Positions 1 through 9,557 of a stretch of 64,000 nucleotides of DNA are shown here, in pieces. The stretch's first letter is position 1. Each line of letters opens with the position of its first letter. Source of the stretch: an uncultured Alphaproteobacteria bacterium (lineage in GTDB: Bacteria; Pseudomonadota; Alphaproteobacteria; HIMB59; GCA-002718135); assembly GCA_902586695.1 (NCBI GenBank), contig CACIIL010000002.1, forward strand, positions 4,633 to 68,632, given 5' to 3'. The notes beneath the pieces are model-generated. The model was not told the origin of the DNA. It saw only the letters and a list, made by a program, of their open reading frames with translations, and did not search any database. Both the position numbers and the translations under genes were made by a program.

Positions 1-2
1 GG

Positions 3-848
3 GGATCTATTGTAATAAATACAACTGAAGCTCTTGTTGCGATTGATGTAAATTCTGGAAAAAATACAGCAGAAAGAAATATTGAAAACACAGCATTAAA
101 AACAAATCTTGAAGCTGCAAATGAAATTGCAAGACAACTTAGATTAAGAGATTTAGGAGGATTAGTTGTTATAGACTTTATTGATATGGATGATTATCGT
201 AATAACTTTAAAGTTGAAAAATGTATAAAATCTGGATTGTATCGAGATAGAGCTAGAATTCAAGTCGGTAGAATTAGCATGTTTGGTCTGCTAGAACTCT
301 CTAGACAAAGATTGAGATCAAGTTTAATTGATAAAACTTTTGAAAAATGCAACTATTGCAAAGGTTCTGGTTTAATTCTAAATACCGATGCAATAAGTGA
401 ACAAATAATAAAAGTTATAAAAGAAAAATTATCAAAGCAAAAAGATGTAAATGTTAATGTAAAATGTAATACATCATTAGCAGAAAAATTGATTAATAAC
501 AAAAATCATGAAATATCAAACCTAGAAGATAAACATGATTCTAAAATAAGCTTTGTATTTGATAATCAATTTTCTCTTCATGAACCTTTGGTTGAATTAG
601 AAGATTTTAAAAAAGAAAATGCAGTTCAAAATAATAAAGAAAAAAATATAAAGAAAATTGTTAGAAAAAAAACAAAAATTAAAAAAAAATCACAAAAAAA
701 TAAAGAAGGAAATAAAAGTAGGAAAAAAATAAATATCAAAGTAGTGGAAAATACTAAAAAAAATGAAGAAAAGGTTGATAAAATAGAAGTTAAAGAGTCG
801 CAAAGTGAAAACAATGAAGCTGAGGATAAAACAGGTTGGTGGTCATAA
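3..848 (+). CDS. rne: Ribonuclease E (Rne/Rng family), 5'-truncated by the window edge
   Basis: The frame is open from position 3: GSIVINTTEALVAIDVNSG...EIARQLRLRDLGGLVVIDFIDM, then ISMFGLLELSRQR, the Zn-link CNYCKGSG, and a charged tail ending KTGWWS. Confidence 0.95.
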   Translation, partial: GSIVINTTEALVAIDVNSGKNTAERNIENTALKTNLEAANEIARQLRLRDLGGLVVIDFIDMDDYRNNFKVEKCIKSGLYRDRARIQVGRISMFGLLELSRQRLRSSLIDKTFEKCNYCKGSGLILNTDAISEQIIKVIKEKLSKQKDVNVNVKCNTSLAEKLINNKNHEISNLEDKHDSKISFVFDNQFSLHEPLVELEDFKKENAVQNNKEKNIKKIVRKKTKIKKKSQKNKEGNKSRKKINIKVVENTKKNEEKVDKIEVKESQSENNEAEDKTGWWS

Positions 849-2101
849 AAAACTATTTATTTATATTAATTATTTTATTTTTATTATTTAGCAAGTCACT
901 TTTTTCTTCTCAAATTTATGATTATCAGACTGAAAAATTATTAGAAAATATTAGTTCTAAAATACTTTCTGTAAATAGTTACAACAAAAAAATAAATTTT
1001 AAAGTTATTAATGATCCATTTCCTAATGCTTTCGTTAATCAAAATAACACATTATTTTTATCATCTGGTTTATTAATTCATTCTCCAGATTATGTTGCTT
1101 TATTAGCAGTAATTGCTCACGAGATTGGTCATATTGAAAAGTACCATGTATCAAAAAGAATAATAGAAATTGATGATCTGAAAAATTATAATTCACTTAG
1201 TAATTTAGCTGCAATTGCTGGCTCAATGATAATTCAACAACCTGAATTAATGAATGCTGTATTGTTTAACCAAACTGCAATAAATAATATTTATCTGAAC
1301 TTTTCACAAGATCAGGAAAAAGAAGCTGATTTATATTCGGTAGAAACACTTAACAAATTAAAATTACCAACTGATTCAGTTAAAGAATTTCTATCAATAT
1401 TGGAAAATAAAAGTAAATTTAATTTATTAGATGATGAGCTAAAAAAATTTTCTACACATCCACTATTTCAAGAAAGATATGAAATAATAGATAATAAAAA
1501 AAGAAAAAATTCAAACAATTTTGATGAAGATCTCCAAAATGAATTTAATTTTATAAAAGCCAAATTTATGGCCTACACGGGTTCTGACTATTCAAAGGAA
1601 TTAGAAGGAGATGAAAAAATTTATTATCAAGCAATACAAAACTCTTTATCCGGGAATTTGTCAAAGAGTTTAAAAAAATTAAATATATTAATATCAAAAC
1701 ATAGAAATAATCTTTTTATAGTTGAGACAAAAGCAGATATTTTACTTTCTTATGGATATAATAAAGAAGCTATAGAGTTTTATAAAATAGTAACTAAAAA
1801 ATACCCAAAAAACAATTATGCTAAATTTAATATTTTTTTAAATACTAATTATAATGATAATGAAAAAATATATTTAGAAGAATTATTTTTTAAAAACATT
1901 AATTTAATTAGTTTATTTCCAAATAATAAAGTTTTAATTACAAAACTTTACAAATTATCTAAAATTGTAGAATCACCTCATTGGATTAGCTTTTTTGAAA
2001 TCTTATTATTTGAAAAAAAGGACCTTAAAAAAAAGTTAATAAAGCTACAAAAGAAAACAGAAGATAATAATTTAAAAAAAATAATAAAACTGTATATTTA
2101 A
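836..2101 (+). CDS. M48 family zinc metalloprotease (BepA/YfgC-like) with a TPR-like C-terminus
   Basis: Hydrophobic N-terminus, PNAF, HEIGH zinc motif, FSQDQEKEAD, STHP. Confidence 0.85.
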   Translation: MVVIKNYLFILIILFLLFSKSLFSSQIYDYQTEKLLENISSKILSVNSYNKKINFKVINDPFPNAFVNQNNTLFLSSGLLIHSPDYVALLAVIAHEIGHIEKYHVSKRIIEIDDLKNYNSLSNLAAIAGSMIIQQPELMNAVLFNQTAINNIYLNFSQDQEKEADLYSVETLNKLKLPTDSVKEFLSILENKSKFNLLDDELKKFSTHPLFQERYEIIDNKKRKNSNNFDEDLQNEFNFIKAKFMAYTGSDYSKELEGDEKIYYQAIQNSLSGNLSKSLKKLNILISKHRNNLFIVETKADILLSYGYNKEAIEFYKIVTKKYPKNNYAKFNIFLNTNYNDNEKIYLEELFFKNINLISLFPNNKVLITKLYKLSKIVESPHWISFFEILLFEKKDLKKKLIKLQKKTEDNNLKKIIKLYI

Positions 2102-2105
2102 ATTC

Positions 2106-3164
2106 ATGAGTGGAGCGCTTGTATACGATGATTATCTAGATTTATGTAAAAATCATAGAATTATAGGTTTGGCAGATAAAAGATCGCAAATTCAACCATC
2201 TAGCATTGATTTGTCATTAAGTGATGAGTGTTATGAAATAAATGTAAGTTTTTTAAGCCCAAATAGCAAAGTTCGAGAAAAATTAAAAAAAATAATTCTT
2301 AAAAAAATAAATTTAAAAAAACCAAAAATTTTTAAAAAAAATAAAATATATATTGTAAAATTAAATGAAAAATTAGATTTAAAAAATTCAATTAAAGGCT
2401 ACTGTAATCCTAAAAGTAGCACAGGAAGACTTAATATTTTTTGTAGAACAATACTAGATTACTGTGACGAATATGAAAAAATTCCAAAAAATTATAAAGG
2501 AGAAATGTTTCTAGAAATTACTACCCGATCATTTGATATTAAATTTATGGAAGGTGACAAACTTAATCAAATGCGCTTAGTTAATAAAACTAGTAATTAT
2601 ATTAATGATTTTAATTTATTTAATATACACAAAAAAAAATCTATAATATTTGGTAAAAAAAATAATTTTATTGATAATGGCTTAAAAATATCTGTTGATT
2701 TATCAAATAACAAAAAGATATGCGCCTATGTTTCAAGAACAACATTATCATCTATAAATTTCAATAAAGTTAATTTTTATAGTAAACAAAAATTTTGGAA
2801 AGCTTTAAGACCAAAAAATAAAAGCTTAATTATTGAAAAAAATAAATTTTATATACTTAAATCAAAAGAAAAAATCAGAATCCCAATAAATTTAGCTGGC
2901 GAAATGGTGCCTTATGATACAGGAATAGGAGATTTTAGAGTTCATTATGCTGGTTTTTTTGATCCAGGATTTGGAGATCCCAAAGGATCCTATGCTGTTT
3001 TAGAAGTAAAAACTAACGAACTTCCCTTTCTTATTGAAGATGGACAAACCATAGCAAGGATTAAATATGAAAAATTGAATAAAAAAACCTCTGTGGTATA
3101 TGGTAAAAATATAAATTCAAATTATCAAAATCAAAAACTTGCTTTAAGTAAACATTTTAAATAG
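2106..3164 (+). CDS. dcd: 2'-deoxycytidine 5'-triphosphate deaminase (long alphaproteobacterial type)
   Basis: QIQPSSIDL, NPKSSTGRL, RVHYAGFFDPGFG, SNYQNQKLALSKHF. Confidence 0.9.
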   Translation: MSGALVYDDYLDLCKNHRIIGLADKRSQIQPSSIDLSLSDECYEINVSFLSPNSKVREKLKKIILKKINLKKPKIFKKNKIYIVKLNEKLDLKNSIKGYCNPKSSTGRLNIFCRTILDYCDEYEKIPKNYKGEMFLEITTRSFDIKFMEGDKLNQMRLVNKTSNYINDFNLFNIHKKKSIIFGKKNNFIDNGLKISVDLSNNKKICAYVSRTTLSSINFNKVNFYSKQKFWKALRPKNKSLIIEKNKFYILKSKEKIRIPINLAGEMVPYDTGIGDFRVHYAGFFDPGFGDPKGSYAVLEVKTNELPFLIEDGQTIARIKYEKLNKKTSVVYGKNINSNYQNQKLALSKHFK

Positions 3165-3173
3165 TAGTTTGTT

Positions 3174-3620
3174 ATGAAAGAAATTTTAATAATCAATGGT
3201 CCAAATTTGAACCTGCTTGGAAATAGGGAAAAAAATTTTTATGGTGACACATCATTAGAAAAAATTAAATCTTTGTGTGAAAATCATTGTAATAAAAATG
3301 ATTTAAAATGTATTTTTTTCCAAAGTAATCATGAAGGTGAAATAATAGACAAAATCCAACTTGTAGATCATAACTATGAAGGAATAATAATAAATCCTGC
3401 TGCTTTTACTCATACTTCAATTGCCCTACTAGATACTTTAAGAGCTACTAATAAGCCAAAAATTGAAGTTCATATTTCAAATATTTATTCAAGAGAAGAT
3501 TATAGAAGAAAAAGCATTACTTCAGAAGCAGTAGATGGATTAATATGTGGATTTGGTGAAAATGGATACATTCTTGCAATTGATGCAATTAAAAATTTAA
3601 TTTATAAAAGAACAAAATGA
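3174..3620 (+). CDS. aroQ: Type II 3-dehydroquinate dehydratase
   Basis: INGPNLNLLG.RE, QSNHEG, INPAAFTHTS, EVHISN; aroQ-accB-accC synteny. Confidence 0.97.
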   Translation: MKEILIINGPNLNLLGNREKNFYGDTSLEKIKSLCENHCNKNDLKCIFFQSNHEGEIIDKIQLVDHNYEGIIINPAAFTHTSIALLDTLRATNKPKIEVHISNIYSREDYRRKSITSEAVDGLICGFGENGYILAIDAIKNLIYKRTK

Positions 3621-4066
3621 CTAAATTAGATAAAACAGACATAGATAATATTTTACTTTTAAAAAAAGAAACCAAAATTGGTAAATTATCAAAAGTAAAG
3701 ATTAAAAAAGGAAATTATGAGATTGAAATATCTTCTGAAAAATTAGATTTTTTAAATACCCCAAATCATAAAATAGAAGAAAAAAGTAAAAAAAAATCTG
3801 ATATAAAAAATATTATTGAAGAAACAAATGAAGAAAATATTGTTAAGTCACCAATGGTAGGAGTTGTATACCTATCTGCTGATCCAAAATCACCTCCTTA
3901 TGTTAAAGTGGGTCAACATGTTAAAGCTGGTGACACACTTTTAATTATAGAAGCAATGAAGACATTTAATGAAATAAAAGCTCCTAAATCAGGAGTAATA
4001 AAAAAAATATTAACACTAAACAGTCAGCCGGTTGAGTACGGAGATAATCTTATAGTTTTTGAATAA
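3617..4066 (+). CDS. accB: Acetyl-CoA carboxylase biotin carboxyl carrier protein
   Basis: SPMVG and the EAMKT biotinylation motif. Confidence 0.96.
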   Translation: MTKLDKTDIDNILLLKKETKIGKLSKVKIKKGNYEIEISSEKLDFLNTPNHKIEEKSKKKSDIKNIIEETNEENIVKSPMVGVVYLSADPKSPPYVKVGQHVKAGDTLLIIEAMKTFNEIKAPKSGVIKKILTLNSQPVEYGDNLIVFE

Positions 4067-5424
4067 TGTTCAAAAAAATTTTAATCGCAAATAGAGGCGA
4101 AATTGCTTTAAGGATTCTAAGATCATGTAGGGAACTTGGTATCAAAACCGTAGCTATTCATTCTGATGCTGATGAAACTGCAATGCATGTAAAAATGGCA
4201 GATGAAAGCATATGTGTTGGACCAGCATCAGCTCAATCTAGTTATTTGAATATCCCAGCAATTATTACAGCTGCTACTTTAACAGATGTTGATGGAATAC
4301 ATCCTGGATATGGTTTTTTAAGTGAAAATCAGAGGTTTGCAGAAATTATAGAAGAGCACAATATAAAATTTATTGGCCCTCATTCTACTCATATTAAAAC
4401 TATGGGCAATAAGATTGACGCAAAAAAAATAATGGAAGATAACCAAGTTCCTACTGTGCCAGGATTAAACGATATATCAGATAAAAAGAAAATAGAAGAG
4501 TTTATTAAAAATTTTAATTTTCCAATAATAATTAAGGCTGCTAGTGGCGGTGGTGGAAAAGGTATGAGAATTATAAAAAATTATAATGAAATTGAAAATT
4601 CTATCAATTCGGCAAAGGCAGAAGCAAAAAAATCGTTTAACGATGATAAAGTTTATTTAGAAAAATTCCTTACAACGCCTAAACATATAGAAATACAAAT
4701 ATTAGCAGACTCACACGGAAATGTTATTACATTAGGTGAACGCGATTGTTCTATACAAAGAAAGCATCAAAAACTTATAGAAGAAAGTCCAAGTGAATTA
4801 TTATCTAGTGAAAAAAGAGATGAAATTAGTCTTCTTTGTAAAAAAGCAATATCTTCTCTAGGTTATGAAGGCGTTGGAACGCTTGAGTTTTTATACGAAA
4901 ATAATAATTTTTATTTTATGGAGATGAATACAAGACTACAAGTTGAACATCCAGTAACTGAAATGGTCACTGGTATTGATCTTGTTAAAGAACAAATTTT
5001 AGCTGCCTCAGGTGAAAAAATAACAATTTCACAAAATGATATTAAAATAACTGGTCATTCAATTGAATGTAGAATAAATGCAGAGCATTCAGAGAGCTTT
5101 ATCCCTTCTCCAGGCAAAATTACTCAATATCACCAACCAGGGGGAATCGGTGTTAGAGTAGACTCTGCAGTTTATCAAGGTTATTCAATTCCTGCTCATT
5201 ATGACAGTATGATTGGAAAACTTATAACACATGCTGATAATCGTAAAGAATGTATAGCCAGAATGAAAAGAGCTCTGGAAGAATATGTGATCATGGGTAT
5301 TAATACTAATATTCAGCTTCATCAAAAAATAATAATGACTGAAGAATTTAAATCTGGAAAATATGACATAAATTTTATGTCAACTTTTAATTTAATAAAA
5401 TCATTTCTCATGAAAATTTATTAG
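4066..5424 (+). CDS. accC: Acetyl-CoA carboxylase biotin carboxylase subunit
   Basis: KILIANRGEIA, HPGYGFLSEN, GGGGKGMR, ERDCSIQR, EMNTRLQVEH. Confidence 0.98.
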   Translation: MFKKILIANRGEIALRILRSCRELGIKTVAIHSDADETAMHVKMADESICVGPASAQSSYLNIPAIITAATLTDVDGIHPGYGFLSENQRFAEIIEEHNIKFIGPHSTHIKTMGNKIDAKKIMEDNQVPTVPGLNDISDKKKIEEFIKNFNFPIIIKAASGGGGKGMRIIKNYNEIENSINSAKAEAKKSFNDDKVYLEKFLTTPKHIEIQILADSHGNVITLGERDCSIQRKHQKLIEESPSELLSSEKRDEISLLCKKAISSLGYEGVGTLEFLYENNNFYFMEMNTRLQVEHPVTEMVTGIDLVKEQILAASGEKITISQNDIKITGHSIECRINAEHSESFIPSPGKITQYHQPGGIGVRVDSAVYQGYSIPAHYDSMIGKLITHADNRKECIARMKRALEEYVIMGINTNIQLHQKIIMTEEFKSGKYDINFMSTFNLIKSFLMKIY

Positions 5425-6044
5425 AATTTTATAGTCATGGTCTGTTTCCGATGGCTGATAGTAAATCAAGTGAAATAGTAAATTTATATCAACCAAAAAA
5501 ACGTTTTTTAATTCCAATTAATAAATTTCATGTTTCAAAAAAATTATTTAAATTATTTAAAAAAAATACTTATACTTTTAAAATTAATAATAATTTTGAA
5601 AGTGTCATTTCAAAATGTCAATTAGCTAATAGAAAAGATCACGGCACATGGATTAATGAAATTATTTTGCATTCTTACATAAATCTACATAAACAAAAAA
5701 TGTGCCATAGCGTTGAGTGTTATGATAAAAATAAATTAGTAGGTGGTTTATATGGGGTGCATATTGGAGGGTGCTTTTTTGGTGAAAGTATGTTTAGTGA
5801 TTTAACAAACACTAGTAAATTTTGCTTACTTTATTTAATAGCTATTTTGAAAAAAAATTTATTTTTACTTCTTGATTCTCAGTTTTATAATGAACATCTA
5901 CTTCAATTTGGAGCATATGAAATAAGTAATGAAGATTATTTAAAAAAATTAAAAACAAATCTTAAATATTTAAGAAAATTTATTTTTGTAGATGATTTTC
6001 ATGAGGTTTTATCATTACTGCAACCTAATAACCATAAATCATAA
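5403..6044 (+). CDS. aat: Leucyl/phenylalanyl-tRNA--protein transferase (start uncertain; first ATG at 5451)
   Basis: TWI, HSVE, LVGGLYGV, FFGESMFS, LLDSQF. The conserved LLEFYSHGLFPMAD runs in frame upstream of the ATG. Confidence 0.9.
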   Translation: MSHENLLEFYSHGLFPMADSKSSEIVNLYQPKKRFLIPINKFHVSKKLFKLFKKNTYTFKINNNFESVISKCQLANRKDHGTWINEIILHSYINLHKQKMCHSVECYDKNKLVGGLYGVHIGGCFFGESMFSDLTNTSKFCLLYLIAILKKNLFLLLDSQFYNEHLLQFGAYEISNEDYLKKLKTNLKYLRKFIFVDDFHEVLSLLQPNNHKS

Positions 6045-6376
6045 ATAGGATGCTGTAGAGGAGTTACGTCAGGAGAAGAGGATATCATCCAACCTTTGTA
6101 AATTGATTTACTTTCGTCTTGAAAATTATCTTTTATATCAATTAATACATAATCTTCAGGAATTTCATCAGGTGGTTTAGTAAAACATGCATAAACCTTA
6201 ATATTAAGTGTCCCAATTAAATCAGAGTCATTTACTGCTATAGTTTTTGTAGTTAGTTTGTTTGATATCTTATCTAATAATTTAAAATTTGCATATTTCT
6301 TTTGCAAAGGTTCAGACAATAATTGATTAGAAAAAAATAAAACTATTAAAAAAAATTTAAGGAGACCAAGATTCAT
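5999..6376 (-). CDS. DUF2155 domain exported protein
   Basis: Signal peptide, LLDKI, C..KPP, GWM..SSP, HPIYDLWLLGC; lies next to NDUFA12 and aat as in other alphaproteobacteria. Confidence 0.85.
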   Translation of the reverse strand: MNLGLLKFFLIVLFFSNQLLSEPLQKKYANFKLLDKISNKLTTKTIAVNDSDLIGTLNIKVYACFTKPPDEIPEDYVLIDIKDNFQDESKSIYKGWMISSSPDVTPLQHPIYDLWLLGCSNDKTS

Positions 6377-6710
6377 AATCAGCCTTAATCTGACCTGGTT
6401 TATAATCTTTAGATAAAGGATTTGATGGAGGAAAATGAGCATCCTTTGTGCCAGTCATGTTTTGTTTATGATCTTTCTGCCATGGATATTTATGAGAGTA
6501 ATTAATTGGTGGTTGATCAACTGATTTATGAAGCCAAGCGTGCCAATGAGGTGGTATTTTAGATGCTTCAATTTCTCCATTAAAGATGACCCATCTCTTT
6601 TCTTTTAAATTATTCTGAACTTTACTATTTGTATAATATTTATTACCAATATCATCCATTCCAACAAACTTACCATATAGCCATGTATATAATTTTGTGC
6701 CAAGACTCAT
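6357..6710 (-). CDS. NADH:ubiquinone oxidoreductase subunit NDUFA12 (17.2 kDa-like)
   Basis: G.FVG.D..GNKYY, RWVIFNG..EASKIPP.WH.WLH, NMTGT, DYESWSP. Confidence 0.93.
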   Translation of the reverse strand: MSLGTKLYTWLYGKFVGMDDIGNKYYTNSKVQNNLKEKRWVIFNGEIEASKIPPHWHAWLHKSVDQPPINYSHKYPWQKDHKQNMTGTKDAHFPPSNPLSKDYKPGQIKADYESWSP

Positions 6711-6712
6711 AA

Positions 6713-7765
6713 TTACCTTATATCGTCTAATGATGATAGTTTCCAATTAATTTTTTTATTTGCAAAAAAATTTTTAATCTTAATATTTCCTTCTGCAGTA
6801 TATTCTGGAATATCTAAATTATTTTTAACCAAGGTTATATAATCTGTATTAATATCTAAATCATAAAATTTTGGACCATTAACCGATGAAAATGTTTCCA
6901 AGTTTTCTAATGCACTCTCTTCTTCAAAAATACTAGCATAAAGTTCTATAGAACAGGGTGAGGAAAATATACCTGCCTTTAGTAAATTATTTTGTTGTTT
7001 ATCATTGATATGATGAGGAGCAGAATCTGTACCTAAAAAAAATTTATTATTATTAAAACAAGCTGCTTTTCTTAACGATAAAAGATCTTTCTCATTCTTA
7101 ACAACAGGCATACAATAATGGTGTGGATTTATTTTATCATTTTTAAATACATCGTTTTTTGTTAGCAACATATGATGAGGTGTTATAGTTCCTGCTATAT
7201 TATTATTTGTATTAACAAAATCTACACCATAATCACTTGATACATGCTCTAAAACAATTTTTAAATCTTTGAATGTATTTCTTATTTTATATAATTCTTC
7301 ATCTATAAAAAATTTTTCTCTATCAAAAATATCTATATCTTTTCTATTTATTTCACCATGAATAAGCAAAACGCTATTTTCTTTTTCTAAAATTTCAAAG
7401 ATGTTATAAATATTTTTTATTTCGCTAACTCCGTATTGAGAGTTAGTTGTCGCATTATTAGGATATAATTTTCCACCGATAAATATATTATTTTGAAGTG
7501 CAAACTTAAAGTTCTCAATATTTAAATTATCAGTTAAATAACAAGGTATTAAAACTTGAAAATTTTCATTTTTTGCATTCATCTCAATTTCTTTTTTATA
7601 TTTAATAGCTTGATCAGATGAAATTATTGGTTTTGAAGTATTTGGCATTGCAATACATCTTCTGTTTACTCTTGAGGAATATTTTGTAACTACACTAAGC
7701 ATTTCATCTTCTCTAAAATGAACATGCCAATCATCGGGTTGTATAATTTTAATTGAAGTTTTCAT
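6713..7765 (-). CDS. pyrC: Dihydroorotase (homodimeric class II)
   Basis: PDDWHVHFR, MPN, KLYP..ATTNS, IHGE, LEH, FLGTDSAPH. Confidence 0.96.
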   Translation of the reverse strand: MKTSIKIIQPDDWHVHFREDEMLSVVTKYSSRVNRRCIAMPNTSKPIISSDQAIKYKKEIEMNAKNENFQVLIPCYLTDNLNIENFKFALQNNIFIGGKLYPNNATTNSQYGVSEIKNIYNIFEILEKENSVLLIHGEINRKDIDIFDREKFFIDEELYKIRNTFKDLKIVLEHVSSDYGVDFVNTNNNIAGTITPHHMLLTKNDVFKNDKINPHHYCMPVVKNEKDLLSLRKAACFNNNKFFLGTDSAPHHINDKQQNNLLKAGIFSSPCSIELYASIFEEESALENLETFSSVNGPKFYDLDINTDYITLVKNNLDIPEYTAEGNIKIKNFFANKKINWKLSSLDDIR

Positions 7766-8678
7766 TTAATAATTTTTCACAATTTTGAAGTACAAAGTTT
7801 AGGCTAATTGAATTCATATATGATTTATTTTCATCAATATTTATAGACTTAAAATAATCAAGTTTTTCTTTAGTTCTTAATACTATATTTTTTTTTCCAT
7901 AAGGTCCATACACTCTATCATTTGTTGGACCAAATAATGATATCACCCTAAGTTTGCTTGCAACAGATAAATGCATTAAACCTGAGTCATTACCAACAAA
8001 TAAAATACTTTTTTTCATATAAGCTGATGTCAAAGTTAAATCTAAACCAAATAAATCAATTATTAGGTCTTCATTTATTTCTTTTACCAATTCTTTATAA
8101 AATTTTGTTTTTTCTTTTGAAGATCCAACTAAAATAAATTTAATTTTATTAAATTTTTTTAATAATGATTTCATAAGTAAATTATAATTTTCTATTGGCC
8201 ACAATTTTGGGGTCCAATTTCCACCAGGGAAAATAACAATATGATTAAATGATCTGTCTAATTCAATATTAGCTTTTTTTTCTTCATCATAACTAGTTGG
8301 TACAAATAAGTCTGAGCAATTAAAACCAAAACTAGAATTTAATTGATCTATATGATGAATATTATGTTGTTTTTTAAATATATATTTTTTTTTATTTCTT
8401 AAAATATATGAAATTAATGAAGATCTAAAATCTATAACAATATCCCATTTAGTGCCAAATGTGCTTTTTAATATATCGATCCAATGAAGATTAAATTTTC
8501 TTTTTTTTAATATTATTATATTTTCTACATTTTTATAGTTTTTTAATAATGGAGCAGCTGTAGGTCCAACAATAAAAGTGAGTTTAGCATTTTCATTTTG
8601 ATCAATAAAATGCTTAAATACTCCTGATGAGAGAATAGTATCCCCTATTAAGTTTGAGCAAATAAATAAAATTTTCAC
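7749..8678 (-). CDS. Glycosyltransferase family 9 (LPS heptosyltransferase-like)
   Basis: IGDTILS, PG..W..K.WP, GNDSGLMH, LFGPT; GTG start. Confidence 0.9.
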   Translation of the reverse strand: MKILFICSNLIGDTILSSGVFKHFIDQNENAKLTFIVGPTAAPLLKNYKNVENIIILKKRKFNLHWIDILKSTFGTKWDIVIDFRSSLISYILRNKKKYIFKKQHNIHHIDQLNSSFGFNCSDLFVPTSYDEEKKANIELDRSFNHIVIFPGGNWTPKLWPIENYNLLMKSLLKKFNKIKFILVGSSKEKTKFYKELVKEINEDLIIDLFGLDLTLTSAYMKKSILFVGNDSGLMHLSVASKLRVISLFGPTNDRVYGPYGKKNIVLRTKEKLDYFKSINIDENKSYMNSISLNFVLQNCEKLLNENFN

Positions 8679-8723
8679 CAGAATTTCATTACAATTTTAT
8701 AATTAGCATATATATCTTATAAT

Positions 8724-9557
8724 ATGAGTGTGCCACACTTTTATAAAAATAGAAATTCTAGATTTATATCACTTGAAGGTGAGGATAGTTCTGAATTTCT
8801 TCAAAATTTAATTACTAACGATATTAATAAATCCAGAAATAATAATATTCTTTACTCTTGTTTATTGACACCTCAAGGAAAATTTATCTCTGATTTCTTT
8901 ATTTTTAGATTAAATGAAAAATTTATATTAGAGACTCATTCTTTTTTTTATGAAAAATTGTTACAAAAATTGAAACTTTACAAACTAAGATCAAAAATAT
9001 TAATTAATGAAATTGATTACATGCACTCTTATTCAATATTTGGAGATTTACAAAAACATGAAGGTGTATTATTTTTGTTTTCTGACCCTAGAAATAAAAA
9101 TATAGGTAATAAATTAATTCATAAATCGCAAAATCCAGAAATTTTAAATGATTTTATTGAAATAGATGAAAACAAATACCATGAAATATTAATTAAAAAT
9201 ACGGTACCTCTTTCACATTTTGATTTAGAAGAAAATAAATCCCTACTTTTAGAGAATAATTTTGATAATTTAAATTCAATTTCTTGGGATAAAGGCTGTT
9301 ATGTTGGTCAAGAATTGACAGCAAGAATGAAATATAGAGCTTTATTAAAAAAAAGAATATACTCCCTTACATTAAAACAAGGTTCTCCAAAATCAAAACA
9401 ACCCATTAAGGAAACTGGAATTGATGTAGGAAAAATCATTAGTGTCAAAAATAAATCTATATTAGCAATGTTAAAAATTGACATTGCTGAGAAAAAGATA
9501 CAATCAAGAGAAGCAATAAAAACTATTGATGGATTAGTTTTAGATTTTGTTATTTAA
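8724..9557 (+). CDS. ygfZ: Folate-binding Fe-S cluster protein YgfZ (CAF17/GcvT family)
   Basis: FLQNLITND, LLTPQGK, KGCYVGQE signature. Confidence 0.93.
   Translation: MSVPHFYKNRNSRFISLEGEDSSEFLQNLITNDINKSRNNNILYSCLLTPQGKFISDFFIFRLNEKFILETHSFFYEKLLQKLKLYKLRSKILINEIDYMHSYSIFGDLQKHEGVLFLFSDPRNKNIGNKLIHKSQNPEILNDFIEIDENKYHEILIKNTVPLSHFDLEENKSLLLENNFDNLNSISWDKGCYVGQELTARMKYRALLKKRIYSLTLKQGSPKSKQPIKETGIDVGKIISVKNKSILAMLKIDIAEKKIQSREAIKTIDGLVLDFVI

Noticed and set aside
626-814. Phe-rich minus-strand ORF
   Set aside because: It is the antisense of the Lys/Glu-rich RNase E tail.
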